A program made the translations under genes and the position numbers. The notes below the pieces were generated by a model, which worked only from the letters and a program-made list of their open reading frames with translations, was not told the DNA's origin and made no database searches. A stretch of 30,000 nt of DNA, taken from Paraburkholderia phytofirmans. Lineage in GTDB: Bacteria; Pseudomonadota; Gammaproteobacteria; Burkholderiales; Burkholderiaceae. Below are positions 16,074-25,018 of this stretch, one piece after another. The stretch lies in assembly GCF_046028095.1 (NCBI RefSeq), contig NZ_JAQQDJ010000003.1:45033-75032 (forward strand), written 5' to 3'. Numbering within the stretch: position 1 is the stretch's first letter; each line of letters begins with the position of its first letter.

Positions 16074-16757
16074 TCAAGGGCGCAGCAGGCGCAGAACGGT
16101 TTCGATATTGAAGTCGAGACGGTTCTTCAAAGCCTCTTTGCTCATGAAGTCGATGTCGAAGATCACACCGCTCGTGAAGCGATTGGTCAGGTAGTAATAG
16201 CCGACCGCCGCCATGGTGATATGCAGTTGCCGTGCATCGACGCCCGCGCGAAACACGCCCGCTTCGACGCCCCGATCGATTATGCGTTGCAGCATCGAGA
16301 TGAAACCATGATGCAGTTCCTTGAACCGTTCGGACTTTTTCACATGGCGCGCCTTGTGAAGGTTCTCGCTGTTCACGAGCGTCATGAACTCGGGGTTCTT
16401 CAGGTAGTAGTTCCACGTGTGCGTGGTGAGCGCGACGATCGCATCTTCGGGCGACAGGTGGTCGAGGTTCAGTTTCAGTTCGGCGGAGCGGATGTCGGCA
16501 TAGGCATCTTCGAGCACGGCCTGGAACAACTCCTCCTTGCTGCCGAAGTAGTGATAGATCATCCGCTTGTTGGCCTTGGCACGCGTCGCGATGGCTTCGA
16601 CGCGGGCGCCGGCGAGGCCGAGTTTGGCGAACTCTTTCTTGGCGGCTTCGAGAATGCGGGCCCGGGTGACCTCGGGGTCACGTTGGCGGGGCGGTTGCGT
16701 GGCGCCGGCTTTGGCCGTTTTCAATGCCCGGCCGGGGGGCGTGCTCGCAAGAGTCAT
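16074..16757 (-). CDS. TetR/AcrR-family transcriptional regulator
   Basis: HTH region RARILEAAKKEFAKLGLAGARVEAIATRAKANKRMIYHYFGSKEELF. Start ATG 16757 (MTLAST...) is preferred over the ORF-track start at 16841. Confidence 0.88.
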   Translation of the reverse strand: MTLASTPPGRALKTAKAGATQPPRQRDPEVTRARILEAAKKEFAKLGLAGARVEAIATRAKANKRMIYHYFGSKEELFQAVLEDAYADIRSAELKLNLDHLSPEDAIVALTTHTWNYYLKNPEFMTLVNSENLHKARHVKKSERFKELHHGFISMLQRIIDRGVEAGVFRAGVDARQLHITMAAVGYYYLTNRFTSGVIFDIDFMSKEALKNRLDFNIETVLRLLRP

Positions 16758-16970
16758 GTTGGCTGGTCGCAGGAAAAAAGTGTGAGGAAACTGAGTCGGT
16801 CGATCTGGTGCCGTGTCAGCGACTATAGACCAAAAAGGCATTGCGAGGAAGTAACCGGATGGTGCAGAATGGGCGCCAAAAATGCCAAAAGCATGGTCTT
16901 GCCGAAGCGGTTTCCCTCGCGCGCGGCGCGCATTTTAGCGCCTGCGTGAATGCAAACTCTGGAGACACGA

Positions 16971-18479
16971 ATGAGCAATCTGAATGAACTCGCAGCAACG
17001 CTTCGTCTTCCGGCGGAGCCGCTGCGCACGCCGATGTTCATCGACGGCAAGGACTACGCCGGCAGCACCGGCGAGTTCGTCACGCGCAAGAGCCCGGGCC
17101 ACGGCGTGCCGGTCACGGCCGCGCCGCGCGCCTCCGTCGACGATCTGAACGCAGCGGTCGCGAGCGCGCGCCGTGCCTTCGACGACGGCCGCTGGTCCCG
17201 CCTGTCGGGCGAGCAGCGCGCCACCGTGCTGCTGAAAACCGCGCGTCTGATCCGCGACAACGTGGAGACGCTGGCGTATCTGGAAACGCTGGAAAGCGGC
17301 AAGCCGATCGGTCAGTCGCGCGGCGAGATCAGTGCGGCGGCGGGCATCTGGGAATATGCGGCCGGTCTCGCGCGTGTCGTGCATGGCGATTCGCACGACA
17401 CGCTCGGCGCCGATCTGTTCGGCTTGACGGTGCGTCAACCGATTGGAGTTGTCGGCATTGTCACGCCATGGAATTTTCCGTTCTTCATTCTTTCGGAGCG
17501 TCTGCCGTTCGTGCTCGCGGCGGGTTGCACGGCTGTCGTCAAACCGGCCGAACTCACTTCGACGACCACGCTGAAACTCGCCGCCTTGCTCACCGAAGCA
17601 GGCTTGCCGGACGGCGTCGTGAACGTAGTGACGGGGCTCGGCTCGGTGGTCGGCCAGGCGCTCGCCGAACATATGGACGTCGACATGGTGTCGTTCACCG
17701 GTTCGACGCCCGTAGGTCGCTCGGTTCTCACCGCGGCCGGCGGCAACATGAAGAAGGTCGGATTGGAACTCGGCGGCAAGAATCCGCAAATCGTTTTCGC
17801 GGATGCCGATCTCGACGATGCCGCCGACGCCATCGCCTTCGGCATCTGCTTCAACGCGGGACAGTGCTGCGTTTCGGGCAGCCGGCTCGTCGTGCATCGC
17901 TCGGTGGAAGAGGAACTCGTCGCGCGTGTGCAGGCCGTCTTTGAGAAAGTGCGCATGGGCGATCCGCTCGATGCATCGAACCATGTCGGCGCAATCGTTG
18001 AAGCACGTCAGTTCGACAAGATTCGTGGCTTCATCGACGCAGGCCGCCGTGACGGCGCGCAACTGGTTCACGGCGGCTCGGCGACCAGCGACGGCGAACG
18101 CTTCTTTATCGAGCCGACTCTGTTCCGCAACGTGCAGCCGCAAAGCGCGCTGGCGCAGGAAGAGATCTTCGGGCCAGTGCTGTCGGTCACGCCGTTCGAT
18201 ACCTTCGAAGAAGCGATCCAGTTGGCGAACGGCGTGCCCTATGGCCTCGCCGCCAGCATCTGGACGCGCGATCTGCAAGGCGCAATCAGCAGCTTCCGCG
18301 AGGTTCAGGCGGGCCGCATCTGGGTGAACTGCACGATCACCGGCGGTCCGGAAATGCCGATAGGCGGTGTCAAGCAGTCGGGCATCGGCCGCGAAACTGG
18401 CCGCTATGGCGTGGAGGAATACACGGAGCTGAAGTCGGTGCACGTCCAACTCGGCAAGCGGCCGCGCTGGATCGCGTAA
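16971..18479 (+). CDS. NAD(P)+-dependent aldehyde dehydrogenase
   Basis: VTPWNFP, catalytic-Glu motif ELGGKNP, catalytic-Cys motif FNAGQCCVSGSR, and EEIFGPV. RBS GGAGA precedes ATG 16971. Confidence 0.9.
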   Translation: MSNLNELAATLRLPAEPLRTPMFIDGKDYAGSTGEFVTRKSPGHGVPVTAAPRASVDDLNAAVASARRAFDDGRWSRLSGEQRATVLLKTARLIRDNVETLAYLETLESGKPIGQSRGEISAAAGIWEYAAGLARVVHGDSHDTLGADLFGLTVRQPIGVVGIVTPWNFPFFILSERLPFVLAAGCTAVVKPAELTSTTTLKLAALLTEAGLPDGVVNVVTGLGSVVGQALAEHMDVDMVSFTGSTPVGRSVLTAAGGNMKKVGLELGGKNPQIVFADADLDDAADAIAFGICFNAGQCCVSGSRLVVHRSVEEELVARVQAVFEKVRMGDPLDASNHVGAIVEARQFDKIRGFIDAGRRDGAQLVHGGSATSDGERFFIEPTLFRNVQPQSALAQEEIFGPVLSVTPFDTFEEAIQLANGVPYGLAASIWTRDLQGAISSFREVQAGRIWVNCTITGGPEMPIGGVKQSGIGRETGRYGVEEYTELKSVHVQLGKRPRWIA

Positions 18480-18574
18480 CAGCCGTCGAATTTATGGAGC
18501 GGCCGTCGAGAGCCGCACGCAACATCCGGATCACGCGCAGCGTGTGATCGTAGAAAACCGTATCGGAGACAGCA

Positions 18575-20248
18575 ATGTATGACTATGTGATCGTAGGTGG
18601 CGGCGCGGCGGGTTGTGCGCTGGCGGCGCGTCTGACCGAGGACGCCGGCAACCGTGTGCTGTTGCTCGAAGCCGGACCCGCCGATACCGATCCGTATATC
18701 CACATGCCCGTCGGCTTCTTCAAGATGACGGGCGGTCCGTTGACGTGGGGCTATCGCACGACGGCGGCAGCGGAAACGCAGCGCCGCCAGATTCCGTTCG
18801 CGCAAGGCCGCGTGCTCGGCGGCGGCGGCTCGATCAACGCGATGGTCTACACGCGCGGCCAGCCCGCCGATTACGATGGCTGGGAACGCGACGGCTGCAC
18901 CGGCTGGGGCTTTCGCGACGGCGTGCTGCCGTACCTGCGCCGCATGGAAGACAACGAGCGTCTAAGCAACGAATATCACGGCGTGGGCGGCCCGCTCGGC
19001 GTGTCCGATCTCATCAGCGTCAACGAATTGACGAAGGCGTTCGTGCTTGCCGGCCAGGAAGCCGGCATGCCGTACAACAGCGATTTCAACGGCGCGCAGC
19101 AGGAAGGCGTGGGCGTGTATCAGGTCACGCAGCGCAACGGCAAACGCTGCAGCGCGGCGGTGGGTTATCTGCGTGATGCCCGCTCGCGGTCCAATCTCAC
19201 GGTCCGCACGGACTGCCTCGTGTCGCGCATCGTGATCGAGAACGGCCGCGCCATTGGTGTCGAATTTGCGCCGCGCGGCGAGCGCGCGAACGTGACGATT
19301 GCGCGCGCCGAACGCGAGGTGATCGTGACCGCCGGTGCGATCGGTTCTCCGAAACTGTTAATGCTCTCCGGAATCGGCCGCGCCGAAGATCTGGAGCGCG
19401 TCGGTGTGAAGCCGGTGCATGCGCTGAACGGTGTCGGACAAAATTTGCAGGACCACTTCGACATCGACATCGTCTACGAATTGAACGGCCCTTATAGCCT
19501 CGACAAGTACGCGAAAAAGCACATGATGCTGCTCGCCGGCCTCGAGTACAAACTGTTCAACAAGGGACCGGTGACCTCGAATATCGCCGAAGGCGGCGCG
19601 TTCTGGTACTCGGATAGCAGTGTGCCGACGCCCGATCTGCAATTCCATTTCCTGCCGGGCGCAGGCGTCGAGGCCGGCGTGCCGCCCGTGCCGTCCGGTT
19701 CGGGCTGCACGTTGAACTCGTACTTCCTGCGTCCGCGCAGCCGCGGCAGCGTGACGTTGCACAGCGCCGATCCCGCCGATGCGCCGCTGATCGATCCCGC
19801 CTACATTCGCGATCCGTACGACCTGAAGGTGGCGGTCGACGGCATTCGGCAGAGCCGCGAAATCATGAGTCAGCACGCGTTGCGCAAGTACATCCGGAGC
19901 GAGCATTTTCCGGGCGGCAAGGTGCGCACGCAGGCCGAGTACGAGACGTATGCGCAGCAGTACGGGCGCACGGGCTATCACCCGGTCGGCACCTGCAAGA
20001 TGGGCGTGGACGAGATGTCGGTCGTCGATCCGCAACTGCGCGTGCGTGGCATTGAAGGTTTGCGTGTCGCGGATTCGTCCGTGATGCCGCGCATCGTCAG
20101 TTCGAATACGAATGCGCCCACGCTGATGATCGCGGAAAAGGCTGCCGATCTGATCCGCGGGCTGGTAGCGCAACCTGTGGCCGCGAAAGGCGCGCTCGCG
20201 GGCACGTCAGGACGCGTCGCGCGCGAGTCCGCCGCGGCTGCGGTTTGA
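18575..20248 (+). CDS. GMC-family FAD oxidoreductase (choline/alcohol dehydrogenase-like)
   Basis: N-terminal YDYVIVGGGAAGCALAARLTED, GGGSINAMVYTRG, and C-terminal active-site region GYHPVGTCKMG...DSSVMP. RBS GGAGA. Confidence 0.9.
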   Translation: MYDYVIVGGGAAGCALAARLTEDAGNRVLLLEAGPADTDPYIHMPVGFFKMTGGPLTWGYRTTAAAETQRRQIPFAQGRVLGGGGSINAMVYTRGQPADYDGWERDGCTGWGFRDGVLPYLRRMEDNERLSNEYHGVGGPLGVSDLISVNELTKAFVLAGQEAGMPYNSDFNGAQQEGVGVYQVTQRNGKRCSAAVGYLRDARSRSNLTVRTDCLVSRIVIENGRAIGVEFAPRGERANVTIARAEREVIVTAGAIGSPKLLMLSGIGRAEDLERVGVKPVHALNGVGQNLQDHFDIDIVYELNGPYSLDKYAKKHMMLLAGLEYKLFNKGPVTSNIAEGGAFWYSDSSVPTPDLQFHFLPGAGVEAGVPPVPSGSGCTLNSYFLRPRSRGSVTLHSADPADAPLIDPAYIRDPYDLKVAVDGIRQSREIMSQHALRKYIRSEHFPGGKVRTQAEYETYAQQYGRTGYHPVGTCKMGVDEMSVVDPQLRVRGIEGLRVADSSVMPRIVSSNTNAPTLMIAEKAADLIRGLVAQPVAAKGALAGTSGRVARESAAAAV

Positions 20249-20276
20249 CGCCGCGATAGCGCAAGCAAGACCAGGG

Positions 20277-20305
20277 AAGGTACGCGAAACGTTCACGTAC
20301 CTTTT
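20277..20305 (+). terminator. Rho-independent-type terminator after the GMC gene
   Basis: AAGGTACG-N11-CGTACCTT followed by TT(GC). An AT-rich stretch with TTGCAT ... TTTATA promoter-like hexamers follows at 20304-20335. Confidence 0.5.
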
Positions 20306-20374
20306 GCATAGGGTAAATATCCGGTTATTTATACATGCCCTGATCGGAGGGCGCTTTTGCTCGGAGGAGACATC

Positions 20375-21454
20375 ATGAACAGACAGGATCAACGCGCAGG
20401 CGTATCACGCCGCGACTTCATCAAGCTCGGCGCGGGTGCGGCATTCGCCGTGGCGGGCGGCGGCATGTCCGGCCTCTCATTCGGCGCGGGGCAGACCACG
20501 CTCGCCTGCTCGTTCCGTTCATTGACCAACCCGTATTACACGGCATTCAACAAGGGCGCGCAGAGCTTCGCGAAGAGCGTCGGCCTGCCGTACGTGCCGC
20601 TCACGACCGAGGGCAGTTCCGAGAAAGGCATCGCGGATATCCGCGCGCTGCTGCAGAAAACCGGCGGCAATCTGATCCTCAACGTCGACCCGAACGATTC
20701 CGCCGATGCACGCGTGATCGTCGAGGCCTGTTCGAAGGCCGGCGCCTATGTCACGACGATCTGGAACAAGCCGAAGGATTTGCACCCGTGGGATTACAAC
20801 CCGAACTACGTGGCGCATCTTTCTTACGACGGCGTCGCATACGGCGAGGAGACGGCCACGCAGCTCTTCAAGTCGATGGGCGGCAAGGGCGGCGTGGTCG
20901 CGCTCGGCGGCATCTTCAGCAACGTGCCGGCGATCGAGCGCAAGGCCGGTCTCGATGCAGCACTGAAAAAATTCCCAGGCATCCAGCTGCTCGACTTTCA
21001 GGTCGCCGACTGGAATTCCCAGAAGGCGTTTCCAATCATGCAGGCGTGGATGACGCGCTTCAATTCGAAGATCAAAGGCGTGTGGGCCGCCAACGACGAC
21101 ATGGCGCTCGGCGCGATCGAAGCGTTGCGCGCCGAAGGTCTCGCCGGCCAGATTCCGGTGACTGGCATGGACGGCACCCAGCCGGGGCTCGTCGCGATCA
21201 AGACCGGCGAACTGGTCGCATCGGTCGATTGGGACCCGTTCTGGCTCGGCGGCATCGGTCTCTCGATGGGGCTCCAGGCGAAGGACAAGAAAGTCGATCT
21301 GGCGACGCTGCCCAAGGACCGCCGTGAGTCGTTTTGCACCGCGACGTTCGTCACGAAGACCAACGTTCAGGACGTGATCGCGCGCGCCGCGTCTCCGAAG
21401 GTGGAATGGAACAACCTTTATGCCCGCGTTGCCGGGCCAGTGGTGTATCGATGA
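20375..21454 (+). CDS. ABC transporter periplasmic sugar-binding protein (ribose/PBP1 type) with twin-arginine signal
   Basis: RBS GGAGGAGA. Tat motif SRRDFIK followed by hydrophobic GAGAAFAVAGGG. Mature part has PBP1-like motifs (NPYY..., WAANDDMALGA). Confidence 0.85.
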   Translation: MNRQDQRAGVSRRDFIKLGAGAAFAVAGGGMSGLSFGAGQTTLACSFRSLTNPYYTAFNKGAQSFAKSVGLPYVPLTTEGSSEKGIADIRALLQKTGGNLILNVDPNDSADARVIVEACSKAGAYVTTIWNKPKDLHPWDYNPNYVAHLSYDGVAYGEETATQLFKSMGGKGGVVALGGIFSNVPAIERKAGLDAALKKFPGIQLLDFQVADWNSQKAFPIMQAWMTRFNSKIKGVWAANDDMALGAIEALRAEGLAGQIPVTGMDGTQPGLVAIKTGELVASVDWDPFWLGGIGLSMGLQAKDKKVDLATLPKDRRESFCTATFVTKTNVQDVIARAASPKVEWNNLYARVAGPVVYR

Positions 21455-22479
21455 ACAAGCTCACCGCGACTCCTTCCCGGCACGCCGTAGAGGCCGCTCG
21501 ATCCCCCGCATCCGCGCACGGCCCCGCAGCCGTGCGGGCACTGCTGCGGCGTTACTCGCCGTTGCTGGTGCTGATGGCGCTGGGCCTGTGCATCGGCGTG
21601 CTCAATCATGACTTTTTCGACCCGATGAACCTGTCGCGGATCGCGATTGCCGCCGTGATCCCGTTGACGATCGCGCTCGGCGGCACGTTCGTGATCCAGC
21701 TCGGCAGCATCGATCTGTCGGCGGAGGGGATTGTCGCGGTGGCGGCGATCGCCGTGTCGATGCTGGTCGAGAACTCGTACAACGACAGCCACTTCGGCCT
21801 GTGGGTGCTGGCCATCGGCGTCGCGGCGGGCGTGGTGCTGGGGCTGGCCAACGGCGTGTTGCACGTGTTTCTGCGCATCCCGTCGTTCATCACCACGCTC
21901 GCGGTCGGCTTCGTGGCGACCGGCATCGGCACGGCGGTGTTGTCGGGCAACACGATCCGCGTGAGCGACACGGCGTTGCGCGCGATTTCGATCACGCGCT
22001 ACTTCGGTCTGCCGCTGTCTGTCTGGATCGGCGTGCTGGCGCTCGGGCTCGCGTGGTTCGTGCACCGCCATACGATCCTCGGCCGCCATACGCTCGCGAT
22101 CGGCGGCGGTGAGGATCTGGCGCGGCTCAGTGGCGTACGGATCTCGCGCGTGCGCATCGCGGTGTTCGCGCTTGCCGGCGCGTTCTACGGCGTGGCCGGC
22201 ATTCTCGCGGTCGCGCAGTATGGGCAAGGTCACGCGATGATCGCCAACGGCCAACTGTTCGTTGCGATCACCGCGATCGTGGTGGGCGGCACGTCGCTCG
22301 CGGGCGGCAATGGCGGTCCGCTCAACACGCTGATCGGTACGCTGGTGGTGGTCGTGCTCGCCAACGGCATGGTGTTGCTCGGTGTGCCGCCGTATGTGCA
22401 GCAGGGCATTCAGGGCGTGCTGATCATCGTCGCCGTGACGCTGGCGTTGAATCGCTCGCGCCGCCGCATCGTCAAGTAA
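21451..22479 (+). CDS. ABC transporter permease (branched sugar/ribose type), copy 1
   Basis: ATGA overlap with the binding-protein stop. Multiple TM segments, GSIDLSAEG motif, and C-terminal GG.S..GG.G. The ORF-track start at 21334 is rejected. Confidence 0.88.
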   Translation: MNKLTATPSRHAVEAARSPASAHGPAAVRALLRRYSPLLVLMALGLCIGVLNHDFFDPMNLSRIAIAAVIPLTIALGGTFVIQLGSIDLSAEGIVAVAAIAVSMLVENSYNDSHFGLWVLAIGVAAGVVLGLANGVLHVFLRIPSFITTLAVGFVATGIGTAVLSGNTIRVSDTALRAISITRYFGLPLSVWIGVLALGLAWFVHRHTILGRHTLAIGGGEDLARLSGVRISRVRIAVFALAGAFYGVAGILAVAQYGQGHAMIANGQLFVAITAIVVGGTSLAGGNGGPLNTLIGTLVVVVLANGMVLLGVPPYVQQGIQGVLIIVAVTLALNRSRRRIVK

Positions 22480-22498
22480 CGGATAGGGAGACACCACG

Positions 22499-23998
22499 AT
22501 GCTCACTCTCAAGAACGTCACCAAACGTTTCCCCGGCGTGCTGGCGCTTAACGACGTGTCTATCGAAATCCGGCCGAACGAGATCGTCGGTCTGATCGGC
22601 GAAAACGGCGCGGGCAAATCGACGTTGATGAAACTGCTGACCGGCGGCTACCGTCAGGACTCGGGCGAGATTCTGCGCGACGGCAAACCGCTCGTCATCA
22701 AGAACCCGCGCGATGCCACCTCGAAAGGCATTGCAATGGTCTATCAGGAACAGTCGATCCTGCCGAATCTGACGGTGGCGGAAAATCTGTTTCTCGGCCG
22801 GGAAGAGCCGTTTCTCACGCTCGGCCGCGTCAACTGGGTAAAGCTCAAGCGTGCCGCGATAGCCGAACTGGCCACCGTGCACCTCGACATCGATCCATTG
22901 ACGTTATGCGAAGACCTGACCTTCGGGCAGCGGCAGATGGTCGAACTCGCCAAGGCGCTGTCGCTTGCGAGCCGTACCGACGGCATGCCGGTCATCCTGC
23001 TCGACGAGCCGACCTCGGTGCTCGAAGCGGCGGAGATCGAGATTCTGTTTCGCCTTGTGCGCGAGTTGAAGGCGCGCGCGTCGTTCGTATTCGTCTCGCA
23101 CCGGCTCGACGAACTGTTGTCGCTGAGCGACCGCGTCTATGTGATGAAGGACGGCAAGGTGGTGGCCGGCATGGCGTCGGCGGATGCGTCGGTCGGACAA
23201 CTGCACGAACTGATGGTCGGCCGCACGATGGATGGCCAGTACTACCGCGAGAATTTGCAGAAGCCATGCCGCGGCGAAGTCGCGCTGTCGGTGCGCAACG
23301 CGTCGCTCGGTCATACGCTGAAAGGCGTGTCGTTCGACGTGCATTGCGGCGAAGTGTTCGGCGTGGCCGGCGTGGTCGGTTCGGGGCGCGAGGAGTTGTG
23401 CCGCGTGATCGCCGGGCTGGAATCGCTCGACTCGGGCGAGGTGCTGGTCGGCGAAACGCGCTTGCGTCCGCAGGCTACGCACGCGGTTTCGCTCGGCATT
23501 GGCTACGTGCCGCGCGAACGCAAGGTCGAAGGACTCGTCACGCAGATGAGCGTGGCCGAGAATCTGACGCTCCCGCGTCTTGCCGCGGTGAGCCGCGGCG
23601 GCGTGGTCAACAAGCGCAGCGAGCGCGCGGTCGCCAACGAATGGATCGAGCGCTTGCACATCAAGACGCCTGGCCCCACTGCGTCGTGCCGCAATCTGTC
23701 GGGCGGCAATCAGCAGAAAGTCGTGCTGGCGAAGTGGCGCTTTGCGGGCAGCCGCATTCTGGTGCTGGATCATCCGACGCGTGGCCTCGACGTGGGTGCG
23801 AAAGAAGAGGTCTATCAACTGATTCGCGAACTGACGGCGGAAGGTGTGGCGGTCGTGCTGACCGGCGACACGCTCGAAGAAATTCTCGGCCTGAGTCATC
23901 GCGTGATGGTGATGCGCGACGGCCGCGCGCAGAAGATTCTCGCGTGCGAAGTCGGCCACAAGCCGTCGCAGATCGACGTCGTCGAACACATGGTGTGA
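22499..23998 (+). CDS. ABC transporter ATP-binding protein, duplicated ATPase (sugar importer type)
   Basis: Walker A GENGAGKST, ILLDEPTS, a second half with GVVGSGREEL and LSGGNQQKV, and VLDHPTRGLDV. 499 aa. RBS GGGAGA. Confidence 0.92.
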   Translation: MLTLKNVTKRFPGVLALNDVSIEIRPNEIVGLIGENGAGKSTLMKLLTGGYRQDSGEILRDGKPLVIKNPRDATSKGIAMVYQEQSILPNLTVAENLFLGREEPFLTLGRVNWVKLKRAAIAELATVHLDIDPLTLCEDLTFGQRQMVELAKALSLASRTDGMPVILLDEPTSVLEAAEIEILFRLVRELKARASFVFVSHRLDELLSLSDRVYVMKDGKVVAGMASADASVGQLHELMVGRTMDGQYYRENLQKPCRGEVALSVRNASLGHTLKGVSFDVHCGEVFGVAGVVGSGREELCRVIAGLESLDSGEVLVGETRLRPQATHAVSLGIGYVPRERKVEGLVTQMSVAENLTLPRLAAVSRGGVVNKRSERAVANEWIERLHIKTPGPTASCRNLSGGNQQKVVLAKWRFAGSRILVLDHPTRGLDVGAKEEVYQLIRELTAEGVAVVLTGDTLEEILGLSHRVMVMRDGRAQKILACEVGHKPSQIDVVEHMV

Positions 23999-24005
23999 GG
24001 GCAAC

Positions 24006-24965
24006 ATGGCACAAATGAATGCATCACTGAAAGCACGGCTCGGCGACAACGCGCCGTTCATCGCGCTTATCGCGCTGTATCTGCTGATCGAGATCGCGCA
24101 GCCGACCTTCCTCGCGCCGTCGACGCAACTCGGCCTGCTCGCGGACAGCTCGACGCTGTTCATCATGGCGGCCGGCACGACCTTTGTCGTGTTGCTGGGC
24201 AGTATCGATTTGTCGTTGCAGGCGGTGGCTTCGCTTTCCAGTGTGATCGTGGCGATGCTGTTGCCGCGTTACGGCGCGTGGGCCGCGGTGGTGGCGCTGG
24301 CGGCGTCGTTCGGGATTGGGCTGCTGAGCGGCGTGATTCAAACCGTGCTGCGCATTCCGTCGTTCATCGCGACGCTGGCGGTCGGCGGGATCGCGTCGGC
24401 CGCTGCGCTGACGCTGTCGGGTACGCGCTCGATCGGCATCAGCGACGAGATGCGCAACGCGTCGCTCGGCTGGACTACGGGTTCTTCGTTCGGCATTCCG
24501 CATGAAATCATGCTCGCGGTGGTGGTCTTCCTGTTGTGCGTGTTCCTGCATCGTTCGACGGTGTTCGGGCGGCGCGTCGACGCGATCGGTGCGGGTGAAC
24601 CGGCCGCGATTGCATCGGGCGTGCGCGTGCCGGTGACGCGCTGCCTCGTGTTCGCGACGTCGTCGCTGTTTGCCGGGCTCGCGGGCGTCATCATGGCGGG
24701 GCGGTTGGGCAGCGGATCGCCGACGCTCGCCGACCAGTTCCTGTTGCCGGCGATCGCCGCGGTGATTGTCGGCGGGACTGCGTTGACGGGCGGCGCGGGT
24801 GGCATCGGCCGGACGCTGATTGGCGCGCTGCTGGTGTCGGTCGCGCGGGTCGGTATGACGTTCGTCGGCGTCAGCGTGTTTGCGCAGCAGATCGTGTTCG
24901 GCGTGATTCTGATCGTCGCGGTGACGGTGGCGTTCGATCGCTCGAAGGTGTTGATCATCAAGTGA
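24006..24965 (+). CDS. ABC transporter permease (branched sugar/ribose type), copy 2
   Basis: Paralogous to 21451-22479 (GSIDLSLQA, RIPSFIATLA, GGTALTGGAGG). Starts 7 nt after the ATPase stop. Confidence 0.88.
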   Translation: MAQMNASLKARLGDNAPFIALIALYLLIEIAQPTFLAPSTQLGLLADSSTLFIMAAGTTFVVLLGSIDLSLQAVASLSSVIVAMLLPRYGAWAAVVALAASFGIGLLSGVIQTVLRIPSFIATLAVGGIASAAALTLSGTRSIGISDEMRNASLGWTTGSSFGIPHEIMLAVVVFLLCVFLHRSTVFGRRVDAIGAGEPAAIASGVRVPVTRCLVFATSSLFAGLAGVIMAGRLGSGSPTLADQFLLPAIAAVIVGGTALTGGAGGIGRTLIGALLVSVARVGMTFVGVSVFAQQIVFGVILIVAVTVAFDRSKVLIIK

Positions 24966-25018
24966 GCGCGTGAGGCGCTCGATGTGGAAGTCTTTGGACT
25001 GTGATGGAGTGGGAATAG

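Noticed and set aside
15888-16949. 353-aa plus-strand ORF running from the CoA-transferase 3' end through the TetR gene
   Set aside because: It overlaps two well-supported genes and a terminator hairpin, and its translation shows no motifs.
16935-18449. 504-aa ORF on the minus strand opposite the aldehyde dehydrogenase gene
   Set aside because: Arg/Ala/His-rich low-complexity translation with no recognisable motifs. It fully shadows a gene with clear family signatures, which is typical of antisense open frames in GC-rich DNA.
16074-20248. Calling the TetR/ALDH/GMC trio betI-betB-betA (choline to glycine betaine)
   Set aside because: The gene order and orientation differ from bet operons, the N-termini do not match what I recall for BetB and BetA, and the adjacent transporter is sugar-type. 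I kept the generic family names.
21418-22617. 399-aa minus-strand ORF over permease 1
   Set aside because: Extremely R/D/H-rich translation. The plus frame encodes an obvious polytopic permease.
22904-24178. 424-aa minus-strand and 370-aa plus-strand (22906-24018) alternative ORFs over the ABC ATPase gene
   Set aside because: The ATPase frame carries the Walker A/B and signature motifs. The alternatives are Arg-rich shadows.
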